Shown here: positions 50,360 through 59,215 of the stretch, piece after piece
Numbering within the stretch: the stretch's first letter is position 1
Layout of the letters: every line of letters begins with the position of its first letter
Virus record (IMG/VR): IMGVR_UViG_3300023179_008905
Span: 1-64,000 of that record
DNA from: a virus
Length of the DNA stretch: 64,000 nt
Strand: one strand, 5' to 3'
Made by a program: the position numbers and the translations under genes
Notes under the pieces: generated by a model
What the model saw: only the letters and a program-made list of their open reading frames with translations
What the model was told of the DNA's origin: nothing
Database searches by the model: none

Positions 50360-50917
50360 GTGAAGCTAAATATCGAAGAGCTTAATAATTTAGATCTCTC
50401 TAACTCTTTAAAATATGCAAACGGATCTAGCGATATAGATTACCTTGCTCCTGCAGGAAGAGCTCATTATAGATTATTAACTCATATTTCAAATACATTT
50501 AATAATAAAAAAATAATTGATATAGGCACACACTACGGCTGGAGTGCTTTAAGCTTAAGCTCTAATAAAACAAATAAAGTTTTAACTTATGATTTAGAAA
50601 ATTTTTTAAAAAATATTTCTCCTTCTATTTTAGAAATTAAAAATATTACTTTTAGACAAAAAAATATTTTAGAAGATAAAGAAGAATTAAAAAACACAGA
50701 CATTATATTTCTCGACGTTGATCCACATGATGGTATACAGGAAAAAATAATATATAATTTTTTGATTGAAAACAACTTTAATGGTATACTAATATTAGAT
50801 GATATAAAGCTAAATACACGTATGATTGAATTCTGGGATTCAATTACACATGATAAAGAAGATATTACAGAATACGGACATTATTCAGGTACAGGGTTAG
50901 TTTATTTTAATAGGTAA
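50360..50917 (+). CDS. Class I SAM-dependent methyltransferase
   Basis: IDIGTHYG, IFLD..HDG, ILDDI. Confidence 0.75.
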   Translation: MKLNIEELNNLDLSNSLKYANGSSDIDYLAPAGRAHYRLLTHISNTFNNKKIIDIGTHYGWSALSLSSNKTNKVLTYDLENFLKNISPSILEIKNITFRQKNILEDKEELKNTDIIFLDVDPHDGIQEKIIYNFLIENNFNGILILDDIKLNTRMIEFWDSITHDKEDITEYGHYSGTGLVYFNR

Positions 50918-50948
50918 AAAATAATGGTTAAATTAAATAAATAATTAT

Positions 50949-51620
50949 ATGTCCTTTCGTCTACTCGTAGAAACACCTGCTCCAGAAGAGCAGTTTGAAT
51001 ATATTCTAGAGGAAAAAAATCCGAAAGAACCAGCTAAGCTTCATATTCAAGGTCCTTACATGATGTGTAACGAGGTTAATCGCAATCAACGCGTTTATGA
51101 AAAGACTGATATGGAGCGTGAAGTTAGCCGATATATTAAAGAAATGGTTAATACAAAGCGCGCTATGGGCGAATTAAATCACCCTGCTTCTGCAGAAGTA
51201 AATCTTGAAAGAGCTTGTCATATGGTTACAAATTTAAAAATGGAAGGTAATATTGTATATGGTAAATCGCAAGTGCTCTCTACTCCTATGGGACAGCTTG
51301 TTCGCTCTTTAATTAATGACGGGGTTAAAGTAGGAATGTCTAGTCGCGCACTAGGTAAGTTAAACGAAGAAACTGGTGGCGTTAACCGCGTAACTGATAT
51401 GAGGTTAGTAGCTATTGATTGCGTCGCTGATCCGTCGTGCCCTACTGCCTTTGTAAACGGTATTTTAGAGAGCAAACAATTTTTAGTTGCATCTAATGGT
51501 AAGCTTGAAGAAGTTTTTGATAGGTTAGAAAACTCAATATCTAATCTACCTCGTAAAGACGTACAAGGTTTTTTAAAAGAACAGATTTTGACGTTTTTTA
51601 AGTTTTTAAAGACGTCATAA
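50949..51620 (+). CDS. gp21: Prohead protease (gp21)
   Basis: NRNQRVY, GELNHP, GMSSRALG, DCVADPS. Confidence 0.95.
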   Translation: MSFRLLVETPAPEEQFEYILEEKNPKEPAKLHIQGPYMMCNEVNRNQRVYEKTDMEREVSRYIKEMVNTKRAMGELNHPASAEVNLERACHMVTNLKMEGNIVYGKSQVLSTPMGQLVRSLINDGVKVGMSSRALGKLNEETGGVNRVTDMRLVAIDCVADPSCPTAFVNGILESKQFLVASNGKLEEVFDRLENSISNLPRKDVQGFLKEQILTFFKFLKTS

Positions 51621-51659
51621 AAAAATGGAAAATATACTTGTTTAATAATAAATAATAAT

Positions 51660-51845
51660 ATGGCCAAAAAAGACTTAAAGAAAAAAGCTAACAAAAAACA
51701 AGTTAATGAGAATCATGAATTAATTAACTTTATTAAGTCTATTTCTCAAAAAAATTATTCTGAGGCTAATAAATATTTACAGAACATTGTCGATTATAAG
51801 TTAAAAGCTAAAATCGGTGATGCTCTAAAAGAAAAACTTTTTTAA
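51660..51845 (+). CDS. Small prohead core protein (gp67/68-like)
   Basis: Position between gp21 and gp22; TAAATA 5 nt upstream. Confidence 0.5.
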   Translation: MAKKDLKKKANKKQVNENHELINFIKSISQKNYSEANKYLQNIVDYKLKAKIGDALKEKLF

Positions 51846-51848
51846 TTT

Positions 51849-52733
51849 ATGGAAAACAACATCACAAAGATACTGAGAGAAGCTACAAAGGATATCCTTA
51901 CTGAGGATGTTCTTAAGGAAATTGAAGCTGCTTTTGATAGCACAGTAAATGAAAGAGTACAGATTCACGTAGAAAAAGCTCTTTCTGAACAAGATGCTGA
52001 TTATTCCAAGAAGCTAGAAACATTAGTAGAAGCTATCGATACTGATCACACCAATAAGCTTAAAAAAGTTGTTGAAGCTATTGATGCAGACCGTGCTGCT
52101 AAATTAAAAACAGTTGTTGAAAAGTATCAAAAAGCTCTTAATGAAGAGGCTAAAAATTTCAAAGAGAATATTGTAGATCAAGTTAGCAAATATCTTGATT
52201 TATATCTCGAAGAAAAACTTCCTTTAGCTGATATAAAGGAAGCTGTGAAGAACAAGAAAGCAGTTGCTCTTCTTGAAAGTCTTCGCTCTTCTCTAGCCGT
52301 AGATATGGCATTGTCGAAAGATACTATTCGTGATGCAGTTATCGAAGGCAAGAAGAAAATAGATGAAGCTGCTAGTCAGCTTGAAGCCGCAACCTCTACT
52401 GTTGCAAAACTTACTGAAGAGAATAAGAAAATGGCTGCCTCTCTTTTACTCGAAACAAAGATAACCGATCTAAGTGAAGATAAAAAGACATACATGAAGA
52501 AGATGCTTGGAAGTAAGTCCGTAGAATTTATCAAAGAGAATTTTGATTATACATTAAAGCTTTTTGAAAAAACAGAAGAGGAGAGGCTTGCAAATCTAAA
52601 GTCTGAAGCTGTAGCTGAAACAGTTACAGCTCATGTTGATCGTCCTGTAATTGAGGAATCAGTTACAACTTCTGAATCTGTTGAAGACGATCGTTCTTTT
52701 GGCGCTTATCTTAGCGAGCTTAAGAAATATTAA
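51849..52733 (+). CDS. gp22: Prohead scaffold (gp22)
   Basis: Acidic coiled coil, YLDLY motif, position before gp23. Confidence 0.82.
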   Translation: MENNITKILREATKDILTEDVLKEIEAAFDSTVNERVQIHVEKALSEQDADYSKKLETLVEAIDTDHTNKLKKVVEAIDADRAAKLKTVVEKYQKALNEEAKNFKENIVDQVSKYLDLYLEEKLPLADIKEAVKNKKAVALLESLRSSLAVDMALSKDTIRDAVIEGKKKIDEAASQLEAATSTVAKLTEENKKMAASLLLETKITDLSEDKKTYMKKMLGSKSVEFIKENFDYTLKLFEKTEEERLANLKSEAVAETVTAHVDRPVIEESVTTSESVEDDRSFGAYLSELKKY

Positions 52734-52812
52734 TTTTTTAGATTTTGTTAAGAGTCTAGTACTCTGAATAGTTATAAAATTGGTCGACATATTATTTGTT
52801 AAGGATTTATAA

Positions 52813-54303
52813 ATGGCTAAACAAATTCGTCCTACACAGGCTTACATCGATGAATCTCGCGCTAAGGTATTGCTCGAGAAGTGGGGTCCAGTATTGGATT
52901 ACACTTCGGACAATGTCCGCGCAATCGAAGATGATCATACTCGTTTAAATACCGCCATCCTCTTGGAAAACCAGGAGAAGTGGTGTTTCGAAGCTAGTAA
53001 TATCGCCGGTGGTTCCAGCTCTGTCTTTAATCAGGCAGGCGCTGGGCTACCTAATGTTGGTGGTACAGGTGGAGTATTCCCCGGTTCCCCTAACGATACT
53101 TACGCTCCTAACGACACTCGTCTTCCTAAGATTCTAATTCCGATGATTCGCCGTACGTTCCCTGAGTTGATCACCAACGAAATCGTTGGCGTTCAGCCCA
53201 TGAGCGGTCCAGTAGGTCTCGCTTTTGCCCTCCGTTATAAGTACGAAGCTGATGCTTTAGGTTCTCAAGTTAACAGCGGTGATGCTGCTCCAAACGTCTC
53301 TGGTCCTACCAGTGGCTGGACAAACAAAGCCGATGGTGCAGAACTTGGCTATCAGTACCTCGACACAAGATACACAGGTCAGTCCGCCTCGGCCCTTTCG
53401 GGTCTAGGTACCGGAAGTGACTTTGAAATTCTTGGTCAGGACCAGGGTGTTGCTCAGTTACTAGCTAACTTTGAGTTAACATCAAAGATTCCTCAGATTG
53501 TCGTTTCTTTCGAAAAGACAGCTGTTGAAGCTGGTACTCGTAGGTTATCCGCTCGTTGGTCAGTAGAATTAGAGCAGGATCTTAAGAATATGAATGGCAT
53601 CGATATCGATACCGAACTCACAAACGCAATGTCTTATGAGTTGCAGGCCGAAATCGATCGTGAAATGATTATTCGCATGATCCAGACAGCTCTAAACGCC
53701 GGATACGGCACAGGTTACTCCGTATGGAGCCCTGTCTCCGCAGACGGCCGCTGGCTCGTTGAGCGTAATCGTGACTTCTATCAGAGACTAATCGTTGAGG
53801 CTAATCGTATTGCTGTTCGTAATCGTCGTGGTGCTGCCAACTTCGTTGTTGCTACACCTCGCGTTTGCGCAATCTTGGAAATGCTCCCTGAGTTTCAGTG
53901 GGCACCAGTCCAGGGCAATGTCAATACACAGCCCGTCGGTGTTGCAAAAGTAGGCTCGCTGGGTGGCAGGTTTAACGTTTATCGCGATACACGTACTGAA
54001 GCTCAAGCTGAAGCATCCACAGGTAATTTCCCTGCTGGTGCTACACGCTCGATTCGCTTAGAGTACGCCCTCCTTGGTTACAAGGGACCTGAATTCTACG
54101 ACACTGGTATCATCTATTGTCCGTATATTCCGGTAATGGTTCAGAGAACTATTGGTCCTAACGATTTCTCCCCTCGTGTTGGTCTATTAACCCGTTATGG
54201 CGTTGTAGATAACATCTTCGGAGCTAATCTTTACTACCACGTAATTATTCTGAAGAATCTCGGTACTGCGTTTACCCCGGGAACTCAGTCGGTTTACTTC
54301 TAA
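52813..54303 (+). CDS. gp23: Major capsid protein (gp23)
   Basis: LLENQ, GVQPMSGPVGLAFALRY, ELEQDLK, EIDRE, YCPYIP, TRYG; codon usage biased toward high expression. Confidence 0.98.
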   Translation: MAKQIRPTQAYIDESRAKVLLEKWGPVLDYTSDNVRAIEDDHTRLNTAILLENQEKWCFEASNIAGGSSSVFNQAGAGLPNVGGTGGVFPGSPNDTYAPNDTRLPKILIPMIRRTFPELITNEIVGVQPMSGPVGLAFALRYKYEADALGSQVNSGDAAPNVSGPTSGWTNKADGAELGYQYLDTRYTGQSASALSGLGTGSDFEILGQDQGVAQLLANFELTSKIPQIVVSFEKTAVEAGTRRLSARWSVELEQDLKNMNGIDIDTELTNAMSYELQAEIDREMIIRMIQTALNAGYGTGYSVWSPVSADGRWLVERNRDFYQRLIVEANRIAVRNRRGAANFVVATPRVCAILEMLPEFQWAPVQGNVNTQPVGVAKVGSLGGRFNVYRDTRTEAQAEASTGNFPAGATRSIRLEYALLGYKGPEFYDTGIIYCPYIPVMVQRTIGPNDFSPRVGLLTRYGVVDNIFGANLYYHVIILKNLGTAFTPGTQSVYF

Positions 54304-54363
54304 TTGAAGTACATCGGTTAAGAAAAAAGAAAACATTTTCACCTAGTAAGTCCTAGGAAATTT

Positions 54364-54396
54364 AAAAAAGGGCCTCTTGCGGGGCCCTTTTTTTTT
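54364..54396 (+). terminator. Rho-independent terminator after gp23 (possibly bidirectional)
   Basis: AAAAAAGGGCCTC-TTGC-GGGGCCCTTTTTTTTT. Confidence 0.9.
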
Positions 54397-54439
54397 GAGC
54401 AGATATAAAAAAACTCACATGCGAAGAATAAATATTTGT

Positions 54440-54820
54440 ATGGCATCATTAGTATTTTTAAACACAGTAGTCGACCCAACAGCTACATTTCCAGTATCTT
54501 TAAATCTTTCGCTTACATCTAACGGAGTAGATATTTGGACGCTAGGAAGTAACGCAGTCGGATTACTTTTTAATGCTGTATCTCCTTTAGCAGGAACAAC
54601 AACTCTTTACTCTGTAACTGCTAATAATATTAAAACAGTATTTAGAGCAGACGATGCTTATGATGGAACTGTATTTGCTTTACAGTTAAAAGACGGTACT
54701 TCTTCAACATTTACACTAGCTCTAGCTACACCGAATGCCCAAACTTTAACTTCTAACGGCTTTGATTCTGTTGGGCCAGAAAAACTTCGTAAGTGGGGTC
54801 AGGAAAACGGCGGACTATAA
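54440..54820 (+). CDS. Putative virion decoration protein
   Basis: Start MASLV with TAAATA 5 nt upstream; beta-rich T/S/A composition; follows gp23. Confidence 0.5.
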   Translation: MASLVFLNTVVDPTATFPVSLNLSLTSNGVDIWTLGSNAVGLLFNAVSPLAGTTTLYSVTANNIKTVFRADDAYDGTVFALQLKDGTSSTFTLALATPNAQTLTSNGFDSVGPEKLRKWGQENGGL

Positions 54821-55735
54821 TTACTGTCTTACCGTCTTAGTAAAATACTTAAACTCGTCTATTAAAGCCGTATCTAATAAGCTATAGTTACTAGCTCTTG
54901 TTGGATTAATATCGATACCACCACGTCTTACATATAGACAACTTACTACAAGCTCTTCTGGTTTAAACAATCTAAACAACCGCATATAAATTGTCTCACA
55001 AATCTCTTCATGAAAATGACATTCATCTCTAAATGAGACAATATACTGTAAAAGAGATGTCTGATTAATCTCATACTTTCCTTTATAATGAATATAAACA
55101 TCGCCCCAATCAGGTTGTGAAGTTACCCTACAATTACTTTTTAATAAAGCAGAATGAAATCTTTGTACTCTAGATTCAGGGATCTTTATTGCAGATAAAA
55201 TAGAAGGATCCTCAGTATATGATTTAGATTGTATCATTGTAACATCAATATTATTTTCTAATGTAGGGTAGTCTTTATTCGAAAACACCGGGGGATAATA
55301 CAAATCATCCGATACTGCTGCAGCAGATCTTACATAGACCTTCACATCTGTTTCCAAAAGATTAGATAGATCTCTTGCAATTGTATTTTGCAATTCATTT
55401 AAAACTTGAATCATATTACCTTTAAATACTTGCATGTTAAAAGAATTCATATATAGCTTAATAGATTTTGATTCAACTATATAATGGTTTTTACAAGGAT
55501 AAACAATTTTAGCTATAGCGGCTATAGGCATTCCTTCTGCAGTCAGGCACGATACTTCATATGCATTCCAAATATCATAACCACCAAACGGGGCGTTTTC
55601 ATCAGTTATATCTAAATGCTTTCTATTATTAATTCTTGGTTCACGGACTAACAGAGAAGGGTCGTAAGTCGACTTATAACCAGTTACCTTACCTAAATGC
55701 TTTGAAATGTTACTATTATCTAATACCTTGTTCAT
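54821..55735 (-). CDS. queF: NADPH-dependent preQ0 reductase (bimodular QueF)
   Basis: D.WNAYE.S, VESKS.KLY.NS, SNCRVTSQPDWG, FHE, RRGGIDINP. Confidence 0.93.
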   Translation of the reverse strand: MNKVLDNSNISKHLGKVTGYKSTYDPSLLVREPRINNRKHLDITDENAPFGGYDIWNAYEVSCLTAEGMPIAAIAKIVYPCKNHYIVESKSIKLYMNSFNMQVFKGNMIQVLNELQNTIARDLSNLLETDVKVYVRSAAAVSDDLYYPPVFSNKDYPTLENNIDVTMIQSKSYTEDPSILSAIKIPESRVQRFHSALLKSNCRVTSQPDWGDVYIHYKGKYEINQTSLLQYIVSFRDECHFHEEICETIYMRLFRLFKPEELVVSCLYVRRGGIDINPTRASNYSLLDTALIDEFKYFTKTVRQ

Positions 55736-56300
55736 GTAGTTTAATTTTAATCTGTTCCATTCGTTCTTCAACTGTTCCTTTTAAAAACACTACTCTTTCT
55801 CTCCATGGGTGTTGATTAAGATAATAATTTTCATACTTATCGATAATTGCATCTCTAAACTCTATATCAATACTCCTCTCACCATCGCTAACTAAATTAA
55901 TCTCATGAGGATTCGGATAAAATATAATATCATACTTAGTAAAAAAATTATGCCAATAATTTTTCGCTTGATCGTATGATAATCTTGAAACCCGTCCCTT
56001 TTCAAAAAAGTATTCTGTATACACTAACCCATCTAGTAAACATCTATCATGTACAGTACCCTTACACCATCCACCCATACTACCGCATGTAAACAAATTC
56101 TTTAGTTCCTCGTTTATTATTAAAAGCTGTGTTACATCACTTGCACCCTCTTCATTAATCGGTACGTTACATTCATCTCTTATTTTCCTAGTAACTTCGT
56201 TAATATAAAAGAATTTATCAAATATACCTCCACTGCTTCTCATTGTCTTAAGCAATGTCGTTTTACCAGAGCACTGAGGACCTGTAAACGTAATATTCAT
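55716..56300 (-). CDS. P-loop nucleotide kinase (AAA_28-like)
   Basis: TGPQCSGKTT, DRCLLD, DGER, GTVEER. Confidence 0.78.
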   Translation of the reverse strand: MNITFTGPQCSGKTTLLKTMRSSGGIFDKFFYINEVTRKIRDECNVPINEEGASDVTQLLIINEELKNLFTCGSMGGWCKGTVHDRCLLDGLVYTEYFFEKGRVSRLSYDQAKNYWHNFFTKYDIIFYPNPHEINLVSDGERSIDIEFRDAIIDKYENYYLNQHPWRERVVFLKGTVEERMEQIKIKLHEQGIR

Positions 56301-56449
56301 TTCTTATTCCAATCAACACCAAATAAAAGATTTTTTAATATCTTTATTTCTTCTAAAAATACTTTATTTTCTTGCTCAAGCTCAGCCAAAAGAATCTTCA
56401 ATCTCTTGACTTCATCATTCTTTTTTCGAAAAATATCTAATAAAGACAT
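56297..56449 (-). CDS. 50-aa coiled-coil protein (not in ORF track)
   Basis: MSLLDIFRKK...VDWNKK*; TTGATT-17-TATACT-5 nt-ATG; ATGA overlap with the kinase. Confidence 0.55.
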   Translation of the reverse strand: MSLLDIFRKKNDEVKRLKILLAELEQENKVFLEEIKILKNLLFGVDWNKK

Positions 56450-56484
56450 ACTATAGTATAAATGACTTTTTATTATTAATCAAG

Positions 56485-56832
56485 CTATTTACACCACTTT
56501 TTTCTTTTCACAATTTCAGCAATTATACAGTATACCGATGTATCACTAAATGCATCAAAGATAGGCTCATTAGCAGATTCAAACGTCTTCTTACGCAATA
56601 CTAAATTAATTAAACGCTGAATTTTATCGTTAAGTCGAACTACGATTGCAGAAATAGAGGCAATAATATCTTCTTTCTTGTGTAAATCAGATCCCAGGCT
56701 TATGTTGTGCGGCCCGTAATCAAATTGCTTCTTACAGAATGTTTCGTATTGCTCTTTTTGAATCTTTTTAAATTCCTCGCAAGTCTCAGGATACGTAGAC
56801 TCTACACTTTTAATATAATCTTCCGGGTTCAA
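56485..56832 (-). CDS. DUF1599-like nucleotide-modification-associated protein
   Basis: KQFDYG..NI, RLNDKIQRL, E.I.D...D..VY. Confidence 0.72.
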   Translation of the reverse strand: MNPEDYIKSVESTYPETCEEFKKIQKEQYETFCKKQFDYGPHNISLGSDLHKKEDIIASISAIVVRLNDKIQRLINLVLRKKTFESANEPIFDAFSDTSVYCIIAEIVKRKKWCK

Positions 56833-57800
56833 ATTCTTACTCCGTAACCAATCTTATTTAAATTAAGAGCATTTAAATTGCAACCCCCAGCATAGCTGAT
56901 TGCGCTCTGAAGATCTTGAGTTATTTCTAATAGCTTTTCATCGTAAGTAAATGAATCGGTTTCCATAAGCTTCATTGTACCTTCTATGTTCTTTTTATCA
57001 ATCTTATTATGTATACTAGCAGAACCGTAATACTGTTTATACCGTCTCCCGTTAGTATCTTTTACAACCGGTGCAGGGCTATCCGTACAAGCAGCAAATA
57101 TAGATCCGCACATAACCATACTAGCCCCAGCGACTAGCGCTTTAGCTATATCACCGTTGCAGCGAACTCCACCGTCTGCAATAATAGGTACATCAATATC
57201 TGAATTATAATTATTTGCACACTCCATAACGCAGCTAAACATAGGATATGTAAACCCGGTTTTGTCTTTAGTAGTACATGCATGACCACCACCGATACCA
57301 ACTTTAACTGCATCAGCACCTGCAAGGGCAAGATATTCAACACCTTTACGTGTAGCTACATTACCAGCTATTATCTTTGTTTCAGGTAGTTTATTTTTAA
57401 TAAACTTTACTTGGTCAGCAACTTTAGCATGATGCCCATGAGCCACATCAATTGTAATAAAATTTACTCTTAATTTATGTCGAGATATATTGTCAATTAA
57501 CGCTTTATCTTTTTCCTGTATCCCTACACTTATAGATACATAATTGAAAAAAGCTTCATTTGCATCTCTTACAAACGCAAAAATATCGTGATCAAACCGA
57601 TGCATAACATAAAAGTAATATTTCGAATCTAACGCTTGACAAATATCAAAATCTATGCAGCATTTCATATTTGCTGGGATAACTGGAAGACGAAAATTTT
57701 TATCTAAAAACTTTACCTCTGTACTAATTTCTGCCCTCGTCTTAACCGAATTAAAATTAGGCTTAAGAAAAACGTTTTCGTAATGCAGAGAAATGTCCAT
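56829..57800 (-). CDS. guaC: GMP reductase
   Basis: PANM, IDVAHGH, KVGIGGGHACTT, IIADGG, YYGSAS; no CBS domains. Confidence 0.88.
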   Translation of the reverse strand: MDISLHYENVFLKPNFNSVKTRAEISTEVKFLDKNFRLPVIPANMKCCIDFDICQALDSKYYFYVMHRFDHDIFAFVRDANEAFFNYVSISVGIQEKDKALIDNISRHKLRVNFITIDVAHGHHAKVADQVKFIKNKLPETKIIAGNVATRKGVEYLALAGADAVKVGIGGGHACTTKDKTGFTYPMFSCVMECANNYNSDIDVPIIADGGVRCNGDIAKALVAGASMVMCGSIFAACTDSPAPVVKDTNGRRYKQYYGSASIHNKIDKKNIEGTMKLMETDSFTYDEKLLEITQDLQSAISYAGGCNLNALNLNKIGYGVRI

Positions 57801-57801
57801 A

Positions 57802-58371
57802 CTAGCGATTTAAAATATTATATGCTTTAAAAAAGCTTTTCCACAAATCAAATGCAACGTCATGTAAAATATTATAGACTTCATTTAATGTTTTACTCTC
57901 TATCGATACCCCTTGACTCATCATAATTTCACCCTCATCAACTTCAGGCACTACTTTATGAATAACGCAACCAGCTAATTTATAGCCATTTACAAACGCT
58001 CTCTCCTGAGGATTAAACCCTTTTAGAGACGGGTACTTGTCAATAAGCCCGGGGTGTAGATTATATATTTCATATTTTTCACATATTTCTTTTGGAACAA
58101 TACGTAAATAGCCGTGTAAAGTTATAACTGGATTTTTAAATTTAGATAATACTTCTGTATAATCTTCTAAAGAAGGTTTTAGAGGTAACATATACCATAT
58201 AGTTTGATTGAGTTTATGCTCTCTAAAAGTAGTTGTACGAAGCAAATCTTTATTTACATTATCCGTTGTAATTTTATTAGTAACGATAGCATCAGGATAA
58301 ACTTCTAAGGCTTTACAGAGATTATTAATTTCTGTACCGGTCTGTGAAAAAAACGCTACCCAAGGTCTCAT
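57802..58371 (-). CDS. PurN-like formyltransferase (DpdN candidate)
   Basis: FSQTG, GYLRI, YNLHPG, GCVIH.V..EVDEG. Confidence 0.85.
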   Translation of the reverse strand: MRPWVAFFSQTGTEINNLCKALEVYPDAIVTNKITTDNVNKDLLRTTTFREHKLNQTIWYMLPLKPSLEDYTEVLSKFKNPVITLHGYLRIVPKEICEKYEIYNLHPGLIDKYPSLKGFNPQERAFVNGYKLAGCVIHKVVPEVDEGEIMMSQGVSIESKTLNEVYNILHDVAFDLWKSFFKAYNILNR

Positions 58372-59180
58372 CTATATAAAATGCGCTTAAACATTTTAAC
58401 ATTATAATTTAAAATTTCCAATTGATCTGGTGTAAATTGATGCTCTATTAAATCTGCTAATTTTGTCTTAGGTTTAGTCTGTAGACCGTATTCTGCATCA
58501 TAACGCATATTATGAATAGCTGCGACTACAGGGTTACTCGTATCACAACTTACAATATTATATACATTTTTATCAACATAAAATCTAAACTCTTTTGCAA
58601 GAGAGCAGCCTAATAAATGATGAGGCTTATTCCATTCCCATAACCCTGATTCAATTAAATCTGTAATAAATCTCTGTCGTCCTGAACAAAACCTTTCTAG
58701 CTCAGTATTACCCTCACCTATTGTTTGATAATAACTAAAATCAAAACTTATAGCTACCATGTCAGCATCAAATGACATAAAACGATAACAGTTTTTTAAT
58801 TCTTGCCATGTCTTACCCTGTACTGCTCCAATAGCTTTAGTCTGAAATGATGATTTTAAATCCTTAGCTTTATCTCTAAAGCTTAAAAAACTCACCATCG
58901 TTTCTTGCGAATTTTCCAAAACATCTGGAACAATAAACATACTAGGCTCAAGATCTTTTGCGGCTTGATAAAACATTTGCGGATCAAAAGCTTTTCCAAG
59001 CTCAAATATTGAATTATCGAGCAATACTTCTCTGTTATATGTATTTTTGGAGGCTTTAAAAAAATTATAATATTCTGGATATTTTTGAAAAAGATGAACT
59101 AATGCATAGTCAAAATCATTATATTTTCTTGATTGTTCTAATAATGAAATAGGAGATTCATGAGATACTTTCAATAGCAT
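58368..59180 (-). CDS. TGT-fold 7-deazaguanine insertion enzyme (DpdA-like)
   Basis: LLDNS.FE, PDV, AVQG, HHLLG, SCDTS; first gene of the operon ending in queF. Confidence 0.75.
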   Translation of the reverse strand: MLLKVSHESPISLLEQSRKYNDFDYALVHLFQKYPEYYNFFKASKNTYNREVLLDNSIFELGKAFDPQMFYQAAKDLEPSMFIVPDVLENSQETMVSFLSFRDKAKDLKSSFQTKAIGAVQGKTWQELKNCYRFMSFDADMVAISFDFSYYQTIGEGNTELERFCSGRQRFITDLIESGLWEWNKPHHLLGCSLAKEFRFYVDKNVYNIVSCDTSNPVVAAIHNMRYDAEYGLQTKPKTKLADLIEHQFTPDQLEILNYNVKMFKRILYR

Positions 59181-59186
59181 AATTAT

Positions 59187-59214
59187 ATTATAAATGTAAA
59201 TAATACTATATCAA
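59187..59214. promoter_or_regulatory. Nested divergent promoters: minus-strand TTGATA-16-TATAAT (DpdA-like operon) and plus-strand TAAATA 59197-59202 (baseplate gene)
   Basis: Both elements read directly in the 35-bp intergenic gap. Confidence 0.65.
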
Positions 59215-59215
59215 C

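Noticed and set aside
58368-59180. Canonical tRNA-queuosine pathway (Tgt)
   Set aside because: The protein is short and lacks the Tgt Zn motif, and there is no QueA/QueG in the window; context favours DNA or nucleotide modification, though tRNA is not formally excluded
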